A stretch of 64,000 nucleotides of DNA from an uncultured Acidobacteriota bacterium (lineage in GTDB: Bacteria; Acidobacteriota; Terriglobia; Terriglobales; SCQP01). The notes under the pieces were generated by a model. The model was not told the DNA's origin. It did not search any database and was given only the letters and a program-made list of their open reading frames with translations. The DNA lies in contig CALEJU010000036.1 in assembly GCA_937898755.1 (NCBI GenBank), forward strand, positions 5,859-69,858, in the 5' to 3' direction. Position numbers and translations under genes: made by a program. Positions 17,784 through 27,003 of this stretch are shown here, in pieces. Numbering within the stretch: the stretch's first letter is position 1; the number at the start of each line of letters is the position of its first letter.

Positions 17784-18215
17784 CTAAGGCGCCGTCGCGG
17801 TGTTGGCCGGGGCTGGGATCGTCGCTGGACGGATATTGCGCGGGTACTGCATGTCCACCTGGCGAACGATCTTTTCGAACTCCGCCCGTTGCTGGTCGTT
17901 GAGCACAGCCCGCAGGCGCTCGCGCCCTTGTTCGCGGACCTGATCGAGGCGCGGCTCCATCTCGTCGTCAATCTGTTGGTATTCACGCACCGCGTCTTGC
18001 AGGATGGCATCCACCTGCGCCTTTTGGTCCGGCGTCAAGCTCAGCCTCTCGCCCATTTGCTGCACGATGATGCGGTGCTGCCGGATATCGTATTCCTCCA
18101 CGGGGTGATGGTGAAGAATGCGGTGCTCGGCGAAATTCATCATGGTGCCGCCTACCAGCACACCGGTGACAAATACCAGCGCGAGATACGAAATGGTCTG
18201 GCGGTCTGCACTCAT
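17784..18215 (-). CDS. membrane-anchored periplasmic LTXXQ-motif protein (Spy/CpxP-like)
   Basis: 143 aa with an N-terminal anchor (ISYLALVFVTGVLVGG). It has two LTXXQ-type motifs (LSLTPDQKAQV and LNDQQRAEF). It is the last gene of the ECF sigma / anti-sigma string. Confidence 0.6.
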   Translation of the reverse strand: MSADRQTISYLALVFVTGVLVGGTMMNFAEHRILHHHPVEEYDIRQHRIIVQQMGERLSLTPDQKAQVDAILQDAVREYQQIDDEMEPRLDQVREQGRERLRAVLNDQQRAEFEKIVRQVDMQYPRNIRPATIPAPANTATAP

Positions 18216-18227
18216 GGAAGTTCGTGT

Positions 18228-18701
18228 CTAGCGGGACAACAGGCTGAGCATCACGTCCTGCGAGTCCGCCGCGCGGTGGTCATCGGACGGATGTTGCGTA
18301 TTGACGTGCGGCACATCCAGCGCAATCGCCTCGTCAGCACTGGGGCGTTCGATGCGATGCACATCGTACACAAACGAACCAAGACTGACCAGAAAGATCA
18401 GCGTCGCCACCAGCAGATCACGGCGCCCCACTCCCAGGTGCCAGAAAGAGACGACCGGACGAGCCTGGGCGCGCAGACGGGCCTGCAGACGCGTAAAGAA
18501 AAAGGGGTCAGCCGCCGGCTCCGCTTCGCGCCGCAAGGCGCTCAACAGCATTCGAGACTGTTGCGCCGTACGCACTTCAGCCACACAAACTTCACACAAC
18601 TCCAAGTGGGCTTGGATATCGCGTCCCAGAGGTTCCGCTGCGACGCCGGGTAGCGCATCCAAGCGGTCCTCAAAAGCCAATTGAACCTGACGACATTTCA
18701 T
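18228..18701 (-). CDS. anti-sigma factor, zf-HC2 type, single-pass membrane
   Basis: The N-terminus MKCRQVQLAFEDRLD...HLELCEVCVAEV carries the H-x3-C-x2-C motif. There is a later hydrophobic segment (LLVATLIFLVSLGSFVY). It starts 29 nt downstream of the ECF sigma gene. Confidence 0.65.
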   Translation of the reverse strand: MKCRQVQLAFEDRLDALPGVAAEPLGRDIQAHLELCEVCVAEVRTAQQSRMLLSALRREAEPAADPFFFTRLQARLRAQARPVVSFWHLGVGRRDLLVATLIFLVSLGSFVYDVHRIERPSADEAIALDVPHVNTQHPSDDHRAADSQDVMLSLLSR

Positions 18702-18730
18702 AATGCGACGTCCATTCCCTGCCCGGGTCT

Positions 18731-19396
18731 TCAGCCCTTGACAGGGTTTCTTACTCCCCGGCGAACGCCGGGTGCACGTTTCGCGGCCGCGAGCAATTTC
18801 TGCCGCGCGCGAAACAGTTTGACCTTGGCGGTATTCTCATTCAAGCCGAGCACGGCGGAGATCTCCTGGATCGAGTACCCCTCGACCTCCTTCAGGACGA
18901 GCAGCGTCCGATCTTCCACCGAAACCAGTTTTAACAACTTGTCGACCAGCTCGCGCATCTCAGCCTGGCGCTGAATCCCCGGCCTCCCGGCTTGTCCAGC
19001 TACATCCAAGTTCTCGACGCGTGCGGCTTCCTCTTCCGAAAGGTCCGCCATCATGACCGCCTTGCGCACTTTTTGTTTGCGCAAGTGGTCATAGCACTCA
19101 TTCACTGCAATTTTGTAAATCCAAGTTGATACCGCTGACCGGAAGTCGAACTTGGCCAATGAAAAATAAACCTTGGCGAAGACCTGTTGCGCGATGTCTT
19201 CGGTGTCGTTTGAATTCCGCAGAATGCCGTGAATAACGGCGCTCACGCGCGGTTGAAAGCGATGGACAAGCTCTTCGAACGCCTGCGACTCTCCCTGTTG
19301 GCAGCGTCGCATCAGCGCGAACTGGGACTGGGTATCCGGGGTTAATGCAACCCGGGGCACCTCTCCCACGCTGACCACAGGCATCACCGCTTCCAT
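18731..19396 (-). CDS. RNA polymerase ECF-type sigma-70 factor
   Basis: Region 2 (FEELVHRFQPRVSAVIHGIL..DTEDIAQQVFAKVY, WIYKIAVNECYDHLR) and region 4 (LVLKEVEGYSIQEISAVLGLNENTAKVKLFRARQKL) are both present. Confidence 0.85.
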   Translation of the reverse strand: MEAVMPVVSVGEVPRVALTPDTQSQFALMRRCQQGESQAFEELVHRFQPRVSAVIHGILRNSNDTEDIAQQVFAKVYFSLAKFDFRSAVSTWIYKIAVNECYDHLRKQKVRKAVMMADLSEEEAARVENLDVAGQAGRPGIQRQAEMRELVDKLLKLVSVEDRTLLVLKEVEGYSIQEISAVLGLNENTAKVKLFRARQKLLAAAKRAPGVRRGVRNPVKG

Positions 19397-19494
19397 GTCC
19401 TTTCCGACGTGACCGCCGTCGCTTCGGTTACGTCAATCCCCCGCACGGCGCAGCAATGCAGGTTCCGGTAAAACAAATTCATAATCCCCTTCAT

Positions 19495-21063
19495 CTATTC
19501 CCATTCGATGGTTCCAGGCGGCTTGGAGCTGATGTCGTATGCGACACGATTTATCCCCTTTACTTCGTTCACGATACGGCTCGATATGGAAGCCAATACT
19601 TCATATGGTAGACGGGCCCAATCCGCTGTCATGCCATCTTCCGACTCCACGGCTCGCAGTACACACGCGTAACCGTAGGTCCTGTTGTCGCCCATCACTC
19701 CGACGGTGCGGACCGGCAGCAATACCATGAATGACTGCCAGACGGCCCGATACAGCCCGGCGCGCTTGATCTCTTCGACCGCGATATCGTCAGCTTCCTG
19801 GAGGAGCGCGATCCGCTCTGGCGTCACCTCACCGAGAATGCGAACTGCCAAGCCGGGACCTGGGAACGGCTGACGCGCGAGCAGCTCATCATCCAGACCC
19901 AGATCGCGGCCCACTTGACGCACCTCATCCTTAAAAAGTTCGCGCAACGGCTCGACCAGTCTCAGGCGCATCGAGGCTGGCAAGCCCCCGACGTTGTGGT
20001 GACTCTTAATGGTCGCTGACGGGCCTTTCACCGAAACCGATTCGATCACATCCGGGTAAAGCGTTCCCTGCACCAAAAAATCGGGTGCGGTGCCGGCCTG
20101 ACCCATCCGCTGCGCCTCTTCTTCGAAAACGACGATGAATTCGCGCCCGATGATCTTGCGCTTTTGCTCCGGATCGGTCACACCGCGAAGGGCGCCAAGG
20201 AAACGCTCGGTCGCATCCACGGCGATCAAGTTCAGCCCCAGTCGATCCCGTAGCGTGTGTTGCACCTTTGCGAACTCGTTCTTGCGAAGCACCCCGTTGT
20301 TGACGAAAATGCAGGTCAAGCGCTCGCCGATTGCCTGGTGCACCAGGGACGCGGCGACACTGGAATCCACGCCGCCACTGAGGGCGCAGATGGCTCGCGC
20401 GTCAGGGCCGATCTGTTCGCGGATCGTTCGTACCTGCTCGGCGATGAAAGACCGTGGTGTCCAGTCCCGCTGCAGACCGCAAATATCGAATAGAAAGTTG
20501 CCCAGCAGTTCCCTGCCGTGTTCGGTGTGCCGCACCTCGGGGTGAAATTGCACGGCCCAGATGCGTCGCTCACGACACTCCAGACCGGCAATTTTGGTGC
20601 CGCTGCGTGCCACGACTTGAAACCCGGCGGGGGGCACCTCGGCCTCATCGCCGTGGTTCATCCACACCGCTTCGCGCGCCCGCAGATTGGCGAACAGGGG
20701 TGAGGCGGTGTCCAACTCCGCCTCCGCTCGCCCATATTCCCGGTGTGGCGGATTGGACACACGGCCGCCGAAGTGATGAACCAAGAGTTGCAGCCCGTAA
20801 CAGATGCCCAGGATGGGGAGCCCGCAGTCGAAGACCTCGGGCGCACAGCGAGGCGCGCCCTCCTCGTATACCGACGAGGGACCACCGGACAACACCAGGC
20901 CGCTCGGATTGTGGCGCAGGATTTCGCTCCAACTCGCCGTGCACGGCAGGATCAGACTATAGACCTGCTGTTCGCGAATGCGGCGCGCAATAAGCTGGGT
21001 GAATTGCGAACCGAAGTCGAGCACGACCACGGAGCGGAGAGCAGTTGGCGCGTCAGGGGGCAA
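19495..21063 (-). CDS. guaA: GMP synthase (glutamine-hydrolysing)
   Basis: Contains [29 protein letters not shown] (GATase Cys), [10 protein letters not shown] (PP-loop) and the C-terminal PPGTIEWE. The track start is a TTG. Confidence 0.95.
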   Translation of the reverse strand: MPPDAPTALRSVVVLDFGSQFTQLIARRIREQQVYSLILPCTASWSEILRHNPSGLVLSGGPSSVYEEGAPRCAPEVFDCGLPILGICYGLQLLVHHFGGRVSNPPHREYGRAEAELDTASPLFANLRAREAVWMNHGDEAEVPPAGFQVVARSGTKIAGLECRERRIWAVQFHPEVRHTEHGRELLGNFLFDICGLQRDWTPRSFIAEQVRTIREQIGPDARAICALSGGVDSSVAASLVHQAIGERLTCIFVNNGVLRKNEFAKVQHTLRDRLGLNLIAVDATERFLGALRGVTDPEQKRKIIGREFIVVFEEEAQRMGQAGTAPDFLVQGTLYPDVIESVSVKGPSATIKSHHNVGGLPASMRLRLVEPLRELFKDEVRQVGRDLGLDDELLARQPFPGPGLAVRILGEVTPERIALLQEADDIAVEEIKRAGLYRAVWQSFMVLLPVRTVGVMGDNRTYGYACVLRAVESEDGMTADWARLPYEVLASISSRIVNEVKGINRVAYDISSKPPGTIEWE

Positions 21064-21201
21064 GTCAGAATTATACGTGCGGAAAGGCGATGGGCGAGGA
21101 AAAGACGGCCATCAGCCGGCGCCGTCCCGGAATCGCGGCGCAATGTGCCGCACAGGGTGCTCGGCCTCGCGCTACGTGCCCCAGGTGTCGTACGACTGGG
21201 T

Positions 21202-23727
21202 TCAGCTCACAACCAGGTTGACGAGTTTGTCGGCAATGACAATCGCCCTGACCAGTTCCTTGCCCTGCATCTGCGCCTGCACCTTCTCGTCGTTCAGAGC
21301 GAGACGGCGCAGTTCCGGCTCGCCGGTCCCCGCGGCTACGGCGAGACGCGCTCGCAGTTTGCCGTTCACTTGGACTACAACCTCCACCGTGGCGTCGCGC
21401 GCCAGCTCGGGATCAAATGCCGGCCACTCGGCGAGCGCCACGTGGCCGGTTTCCCCGAACATGCGCCACAGTTCCTGGCAAAGAAACGGAGCGAACGGGG
21501 CCAGCACCAGCACCAGCATGCGCAAGCTCTGGCCGAGGGCTTCCTTTGAAACCGCTGATTCGCTCGCCGCGCTTCCCGCCTCGGGTACCAGGCCGTAAAG
21601 CGTGTTGGTCAACTCCATGATGGCAGCGATGGACGTGTTGAAATGCCACCGCCCACTGAAATCCTGCGTGATCTTGGCCACCGTCTGGTGCACCTTGCGC
21701 AGCAGCACGCCATCCGCCGGAGTGGTGACGGACGCGTTTGGCGACGGTTGACGTGCGGCGGTGGCATGCCGCGCAGTAAAGCGATAGACGCGCGACAGAA
21801 AGCGATGAATGCCCTCCACGCCGCCTTCGTTCCAATCAAAATCCTTTTCCGGCGGGGCGGCAAACAGGACGTACATCCGCGTCGCGTCGGCGCCGTATCG
21901 TTCGACAAGCAGTGCCGGGTCCACCACGTTGCCCTTGGACTTGGACATCTTGGCGCCATGCGCCGTGATCATGCCCTGCGTAAAGAGTCGTGTGACCGGT
22001 TCGCTGACGTCCACCAAGCCGAGATCACGCATCACTTTCGTAAAGAACCGCGTATAGATCAGGTGGAGAATGGCATGCTCAATGCCGCCGATGTATTGAT
22101 CCACCGGGAACCAGCGCTGGATGTCGGCCTTGGCGAAGGGCAGCTGCGTCTCGTGCGGGCTGGCGTACCGATAAAAATACCAGGACGAGTCAATGAACGT
22201 GTCCATGGTGTCGGTTTCTCGCCGGGCGGGGCCGCCGCACTTGGGGCAAACTGTCTGCACAAAGGCGGGATCCGCTGCCAGTGGCGACTGCCCCTGGCCG
22301 GTCAGAGCGACATTTTCGGGAAGCTCAATTGGAAGCTGCCTCTCGGGAACCGGCACAACTCCGCAGGCTTCGCAGTAGACCATCGGGATCGGAGTCCCCC
22401 AGAAGCGCTGCCGCGAAATGCCCCAGTCCTGCAGGCGGTAGGTGATCGTGCCCTTGCCCCAGCCCTGTGCTGTCGCGTACTCGGTCATGCGGATGAGCGC
22501 ACCATCGGAACCACGGTTGGGAAGGCCGGAGAAACCGCCCGAGTTCGCCAGTACGCCGTCGCCGGTGAAGGCGGACTCGATGGGAGCGTCGGGCGCAGTT
22601 CCCTCCTCCACGATGACGCGGCGGATCGGTATCTCGTACTTGAGGCAAAACTCGAAATCGCGCTCATCGTGCGCCGGCACCGCCATGATGGCTCCTGTGC
22701 CGTAGTCCATCAAAATAAAGTTGGCGACCCAAATGGGCAGGCGCTCGCCGCTAAACGGATTTCGGGCATGATGACCGGTAAAAACGCCCTCTTTGACCAA
22801 CTCCACGCTGGGATCCGCCCCCGCTGCAGGTCGCAACGCGCGTGCACGTGCCAGCGCATCGCCTTGGAGAATCTCGCCCACCAACGGATGTTCGGGCGCC
22901 AGCAGAATGGCGGCCGCACCGTAGATGGTGTCAATCCGCGTGGTAAAGATTCGGATGGCAGTCGTTGCCGCGATGGCGCTCTCCAACGGGAAATCAACCT
23001 CCGCCCCCTCACTCCGCCCGATCCAATTGCGCTGCATGGTGCGAACGCGCTCCGGCCAGCCGGAAAGCTGATCGAGATCGCGCAGCAGCTCTTCCGCGTA
23101 CTGTGAAATGCGGAAATACCATTGTTCGAGCTCGCGCTGTTCTACGGGCGTGTCCTCATGCCGCCAGCACACGCCGCCCGCGACCTGCTCATTGGCCAAT
23201 ACGGTGGCGCATTTCGGGCACCAATTGACCACTCCCTTGCGCCGATAAGCCAAGCCGCGCTCGTAAAATTTCAGGAATAACCACTGATTCCAGCGGTAAT
23301 ACTCCGGGAGGCAGGTGGTCACTTCCCGCCTCCAGTCGTAGCTGAACCCGAAGCGCAGATCTTGCCGCTTCATGTGGGCGATGTTTTGCGAGGTCCAAGT
23401 GCGGGGATGTGTACGGTTCTGGATGGCGGCATTTTCCGCCGGCAGCCCGAATGAATCCCAGCCCATCGGATGCAACACGTCGTAACCGCGCATCCACATA
23501 AAGCGCGCCAGGGCGTCGCCGATGGCGTAGTTGCGCACATGCCCCATGTGGAGCGTCCCGCTCGGGTAGGGCAGCATCTCCAGCACGTAGTATTTCGGTC
23601 GTGTGGTGCCGTCCGGGCGAAGCACGGAAACAGCCGCGAACGGCGGGTTCCGTTCCCACTGTTCTGCCCAGTGCGGTTCGTAGGAAGCGGGATTGAACTC
23701 GTAGTCGCTCATGCGGGGAACGACCAT
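21202..23727 (-). CDS. leuS: leucine--tRNA ligase
   Basis: Contains PYPSGTLHMGHVRNY (HIGH) and GAKMSKSKGNVV (KMSKS); 841 aa. An alternative ATG at 23712 (MSDYEFNP) is possible. The start overlaps the nfo stop by 1 nt. Confidence 0.95.
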   Translation of the reverse strand: MVVPRMSDYEFNPASYEPHWAEQWERNPPFAAVSVLRPDGTTRPKYYVLEMLPYPSGTLHMGHVRNYAIGDALARFMWMRGYDVLHPMGWDSFGLPAENAAIQNRTHPRTWTSQNIAHMKRQDLRFGFSYDWRREVTTCLPEYYRWNQWLFLKFYERGLAYRRKGVVNWCPKCATVLANEQVAGGVCWRHEDTPVEQRELEQWYFRISQYAEELLRDLDQLSGWPERVRTMQRNWIGRSEGAEVDFPLESAIAATTAIRIFTTRIDTIYGAAAILLAPEHPLVGEILQGDALARARALRPAAGADPSVELVKEGVFTGHHARNPFSGERLPIWVANFILMDYGTGAIMAVPAHDERDFEFCLKYEIPIRRVIVEEGTAPDAPIESAFTGDGVLANSGGFSGLPNRGSDGALIRMTEYATAQGWGKGTITYRLQDWGISRQRFWGTPIPMVYCEACGVVPVPERQLPIELPENVALTGQGQSPLAADPAFVQTVCPKCGGPARRETDTMDTFIDSSWYFYRYASPHETQLPFAKADIQRWFPVDQYIGGIEHAILHLIYTRFFTKVMRDLGLVDVSEPVTRLFTQGMITAHGAKMSKSKGNVVDPALLVERYGADATRMYVLFAAPPEKDFDWNEGGVEGIHRFLSRVYRFTARHATAARQPSPNASVTTPADGVLLRKVHQTVAKITQDFSGRWHFNTSIAAIMELTNTLYGLVPEAGSAASESAVSKEALGQSLRMLVLVLAPFAPFLCQELWRMFGETGHVALAEWPAFDPELARDATVEVVVQVNGKLRARLAVAAGTGEPELRRLALNDEKVQAQMQGKELVRAIVIADKLVNLVVS

Positions 23728-24668
23728 TATGGCTGATTCCGGGCCTGTGCCTTCCCGCTCCGGACCTGCCGACGAGCGCCGGCCGGCCGCGTTAGCAAGC
23801 GACGCAAACTGTCGAGGTTGCGCTCTGCATCCCCCGGTTCGTCAACGGGCGTCTCGAGGATGAATGCCTTGCCGGCGAGTCGTGGGTCGTTCAGGAAGCG
23901 ACGGAAACAGTCCCGACCGAGCTGTCCCTCGCCAATATGCTGATGTCGGTCGAGGCGCGACCCGCGCGCGGCTTTGGCATCATTGGCGTGCAAGACGGGA
24001 ATTCGAGTCAGACCGACGGTGGCGTCAAGTTCGGCAAGTGTCGCTTCGAATCCCGCAGGAGAACGTACATCGTACCCGGCCACCCAGCAGTGACAAGTGT
24101 CTATGCAAGCCCCCACGGGCAATCCCGTCAAGCGGGCAAGCAATTCCGCCACTTCCGCAAACGTACCGCCGAGCCGGTCGCCTCCGCCCGCGGTGTTTTC
24201 AATCAGCAGCGTGAGCCCCGACGCCTCCAGACCGCGGAACGCGGTGCGGATGCTCTGTTCCCAGCGCTCCAGGGCCGTGGCGCGATCACCGCGCATGGTG
24301 CTCCCTGGATGCAAGACCAGGTACTCAGCACCCAACGCGGACGCGCGCTCGAGTTCGCCGCGAAACGCCTGACGGGAGCGCTCCAGCAACTCGCCCTCGC
24401 TTCCAGCCAGGTTGATCAGGTAATTGGCATGCACTACCAGGGGATGAAGGTCAAACTCCGCGCGGCGGCGGCGCATCTCCGCGCAACTTTGTCCCGAGGG
24501 CGGCGTGGCGCGCCACATGCGCGGACTGGCAGAAAAAATCTGCAATGCGCTGCACCCGAGACTGTGTGCCCGGTCGGCGGCATTCTCTGCTCCGCCACTC
24601 GACGAAACATGCGCTCCGATTCGAACGACAGGGCTGCTGGTTGATATGGGGCGGGATGAACGCGGCAT
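23727..24668 (-). CDS. nfo: deoxyribonuclease IV (endonuclease IV, AP endonuclease family 2)
   Basis: Contains RIGAHVSSSGG, VVHANYLINL, LIENTAGGG and LHANDAKAARGSRLDRHQHIGEG. Trimmed to the ATG at 24668. Confidence 0.85.
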   Translation of the reverse strand: MPRSSRPISTSSPVVRIGAHVSSSGGAENAADRAHSLGCSALQIFSASPRMWRATPPSGQSCAEMRRRRAEFDLHPLVVHANYLINLAGSEGELLERSRQAFRGELERASALGAEYLVLHPGSTMRGDRATALERWEQSIRTAFRGLEASGLTLLIENTAGGGDRLGGTFAEVAELLARLTGLPVGACIDTCHCWVAGYDVRSPAGFEATLAELDATVGLTRIPVLHANDAKAARGSRLDRHQHIGEGQLGRDCFRRFLNDPRLAGKAFILETPVDEPGDAERNLDSLRRLLTRPAGARRQVRSGKAQARNQP

Positions 24669-24891
24669 GACGGAAATATAGCAGCGGCGGCAGAGCGCTC
24701 GTGCGCACGGGGCGGCCGTCACACGTTCCGCGGTGCGGGGCGCCTGCAGATTCTCTGCTGCGACCTACCGACCCTCCGGTACAATGAAATGACTCACGCA
24801 GGGCTGGTGATGGCACGGTCCGGTGGCGCCGCCTGAATCCTGGGCGCACTCCGGTCACGCTCCATCTACATCCAGAAGGAGCAGGAGATTC

Positions 24892-25923
24892 ATGCGGGTT
24901 GGCATTCTCACTGGTGGCGGCGATTGCCCGGGCTTGAACGCGGTCATTCGTGCCGTGGTGCGCAAGGGCACGATGTTTTATGGCGACTCGATTCTCGGGT
25001 TTTTGGAGGGCTGGCGCGGTGTCCTGGAAAACCGGCACATGCAGCTTGACCTCGATGCCATTCCCGGCATCATCCATCGCGGCGGAACGATTCTGCGGAC
25101 CTCGCGCACCAATGTCGCCAAGCACGAGAACGGCTTGGAGCGGGTGAAGCAGACGCTGGAGGCCAACAAGATCGACGCCTTGATCGCCATCGGCGGCGAC
25201 GATACGTTGGGGGTGGCCCTGAAGCTCTCGCAGGTCGGTGTCAAAGTCGTCGGCGTACCCAAGACGATTGACAATGATCTCGCCGGCACGGACTTCTGCT
25301 TTGGTTTCGATACCGCGGTGAACATCGCCACCGAAGCCATTGATCGCCTGCACACTACGGCGGAAGCTCACAACCGTGTCATGGTCGTCGAAGTCATGGG
25401 GCGCGACGCGGGTTGGATCGCCACCTACTCCGGCATCGCCGGCGGCGCCGACGTGATCCTGATCCCCGAGAAGCCTTTCGATCTGGAACAGGTCTGTGAC
25501 CTGCTCAAGCGCCGGCATGCGCGTGGCAAGTACTTCAGCATCGTCGTGGTTGCAGAAGGAGCACGCTATGCGCAGCAGGACGATCAGACTACGGTAGGCG
25601 CCAAGGTGGACGAGTTCGGCCATGTGCGCCTGGGGGGCATCGGAATCTCGCTGGCGGAAATGATCGAAAAGCGTACCGGCTATGAAACAAGGGCCGTCAT
25701 TCTTGGTCACATTCAGCGCGGGGGCTCTCCTACCGCTTTTGATCGCGTTCTTGCCACGCGTTACGGCGTGCAAGCGATTGACATGGTGCACCAGGGCGAG
25801 TTCGCTCGCATGGCCTCCTTGCAGGGGCAGAAACTGACTTCCGTACCACTGACCGACGCGCTGGGCCGCAACCGCAAGGTGGATCCGGAACTTTACGAGA
25901 TGGCATCGGTCTTTTTCGGTTGA
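24892..25923 (+). CDS. pfkA: 6-phosphofructokinase, short PfkA family; residues D104/K124 predict PPi dependence
   Basis: Starts MRVGILTGGGDCPGLNAVIR, and MGRDAGWIA is present. GGDD (D104, codon gat at 25201) and VPKTIDND (K124, codon aag at 25261) were read directly. An AGGAGCAGGAG SD-like run precedes the ATG at 24892. Confidence 0.9.
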   Translation: MRVGILTGGGDCPGLNAVIRAVVRKGTMFYGDSILGFLEGWRGVLENRHMQLDLDAIPGIIHRGGTILRTSRTNVAKHENGLERVKQTLEANKIDALIAIGGDDTLGVALKLSQVGVKVVGVPKTIDNDLAGTDFCFGFDTAVNIATEAIDRLHTTAEAHNRVMVVEVMGRDAGWIATYSGIAGGADVILIPEKPFDLEQVCDLLKRRHARGKYFSIVVVAEGARYAQQDDQTTVGAKVDEFGHVRLGGIGISLAEMIEKRTGYETRAVILGHIQRGGSPTAFDRVLATRYGVQAIDMVHQGEFARMASLQGQKLTSVPLTDALGRNRKVDPELYEMASVFFG

Positions 25924-25991
25924 GGTCGTCGCGGACGCTGTGATCGGTTCTGGCTTCGGAACCGGTGCCGCGTTCGCGGCTGTTATTTCCC

Positions 25992-26996
25992 ATGTTGCTT
26001 GTCATGCGCGTCGATGCGACCGAGGCCCAGGTCGCCGCCGTCTGTTCCCACGTCGAAGCGCTCGGCCTGCGCGCCCACCCCATCCCGGGGGCGCAACGGA
26101 CTGCCATTGGTATTACCGGTAATCACGGGTCCATAGAGCTGAGTGATCTCGAGGATCTCCCCGGCGTCGCCGAGGCGATCCGCGTCTCCAAGCCCTACAA
26201 GCTGGTGGGACGCGAGATGAAACCGGAACCGACCCTGGTGCAGGTCGGTCCCGTCGTGATAGGGGGCCCCAAACTCGTGGTCATGGCCGGGCCGTGCGCC
26301 GTCGAATCACGCGAACAACTCTTCCGGGTGGCGGAAGTCGTGCACGCCACGGGTGCACAAATGATGCGCGGCGGGGCGTTCAAGCCCCGAACGTCTCCCT
26401 ACGCCTTTCAGGGACTTGGGGAGCTGGGGCTGCAACTGCTGGCCGAGGTGCGCGAACGCTACGGGTTGCAGATCGTGACCGAGGCCGTGGATCTTGAGAG
26501 TTTGGCGCTGGTGGAGCGTTACGCCGACATGATTCAAATTGGCGCGCGCAACATGCAGAACTACTCCCTGCTGAAGGCCGCGGGCCGCTCCCGTAAACCC
26601 GTGCTGCTGAAGCGGGGGATGTCGGCCACGCTCGACGAACTCCTGATGGCGGCCGAATATATTCTGTCGGAGGGGAACTACCAGGTGGTGTTGTGCGAGC
26701 GCGGGGTGCGCACCTTTGCCGACCATACGCGCAACACTCTGGACTTGAGTATTGTGCCGGCAGTCAAAGCACTCAGCCATCTGCCCATCATCGTCGACCC
26801 CAGTCACGGGACCGGACGGCGGGACAAGGTGCTGCCGCTCGCTCGCGCCGCCGTGGCGGTGGGCGCCGATGGGCTGATGGTGGAGGTACATGACGCTCCA
26901 GACCGTGCGCTAAGTGACGGTATCCAGTCGCTATTTCCAGCGCAGCTGGAACAACTGATGCGCGAAGTCACGGCGATCGCCGCTCTGGTACGCTGA
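25992..26996 (+). CDS. aroF: 3-deoxy-7-phosphoheptulonate (DAHP) synthase, type I-beta with N-terminal ferredoxin/ACT-like regulatory domain
   Basis: Contains [29 protein letters not shown] and [12 protein letters not shown]. The N-terminal ~70 aa ([14 protein letters not shown]...) align in length with the Thermotoga-type regulatory domain. Start set to the ATG at 25992; the track start at 25965 is a GTG. Confidence 0.9.
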   Translation: MLLVMRVDATEAQVAAVCSHVEALGLRAHPIPGAQRTAIGITGNHGSIELSDLEDLPGVAEAIRVSKPYKLVGREMKPEPTLVQVGPVVIGGPKLVVMAGPCAVESREQLFRVAEVVHATGAQMMRGGAFKPRTSPYAFQGLGELGLQLLAEVRERYGLQIVTEAVDLESLALVERYADMIQIGARNMQNYSLLKAAGRSRKPVLLKRGMSATLDELLMAAEYILSEGNYQVVLCERGVRTFADHTRNTLDLSIVPAVKALSHLPIIVDPSHGTGRRDKVLPLARAAVAVGADGLMVEVHDAPDRALSDGIQSLFPAQLEQLMREVTAIAALVR

Positions 26997-27003
26997 ACTC
27001 CTC

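Noticed and set aside
17634-18653. 339-aa plus-strand ORF
   Set aside because: It overlaps, in antisense, both the LTXXQ protein gene and the zf-HC2 anti-sigma gene, which have recognisable motifs and operon logic. The plus-strand product is Arg/His/Leu-rich with no motifs.
19461-19466. GGAACC as the -35 of an autoregulated ECF promoter upstream of the sigma gene
   Set aside because: No CGTC/GTC-type -10 element occurs at the expected 16-17 nt spacing downstream, so the match is a single pentamer.
21643-23106. 487-aa plus-strand ORF
   Set aside because: It lies entirely antisense within leuS, which has HIGH and KMSKS motifs on the minus strand. Shadow ORF.
24044-24056. tRNA T-arm-like string CTTCGAATCCCGC
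   Set aside because: It lies inside the conserved nfo coding frame with no acceptor or anticodon stems around it. No intergenic region contains a cloverleaf-compatible sequence that I could see.
24780-24785. TACAAT as a -10 element for pfk, and TATAAT overlapping the methyltransferase ATG (about 40524..40529, minus strand)
   Set aside because: Neither has a credible -35 partner at 16-18 nt, and the second overlaps the start codon it would have to serve. Isolated hexamers are expected a few times by chance in 128 kb of two-strand sequence.
24451-25791. 446-aa minus-strand ORF
   Set aside because: It is antisense to the phosphofructokinase gene and overlaps the nfo 5' end. No motifs. Shadow ORF.
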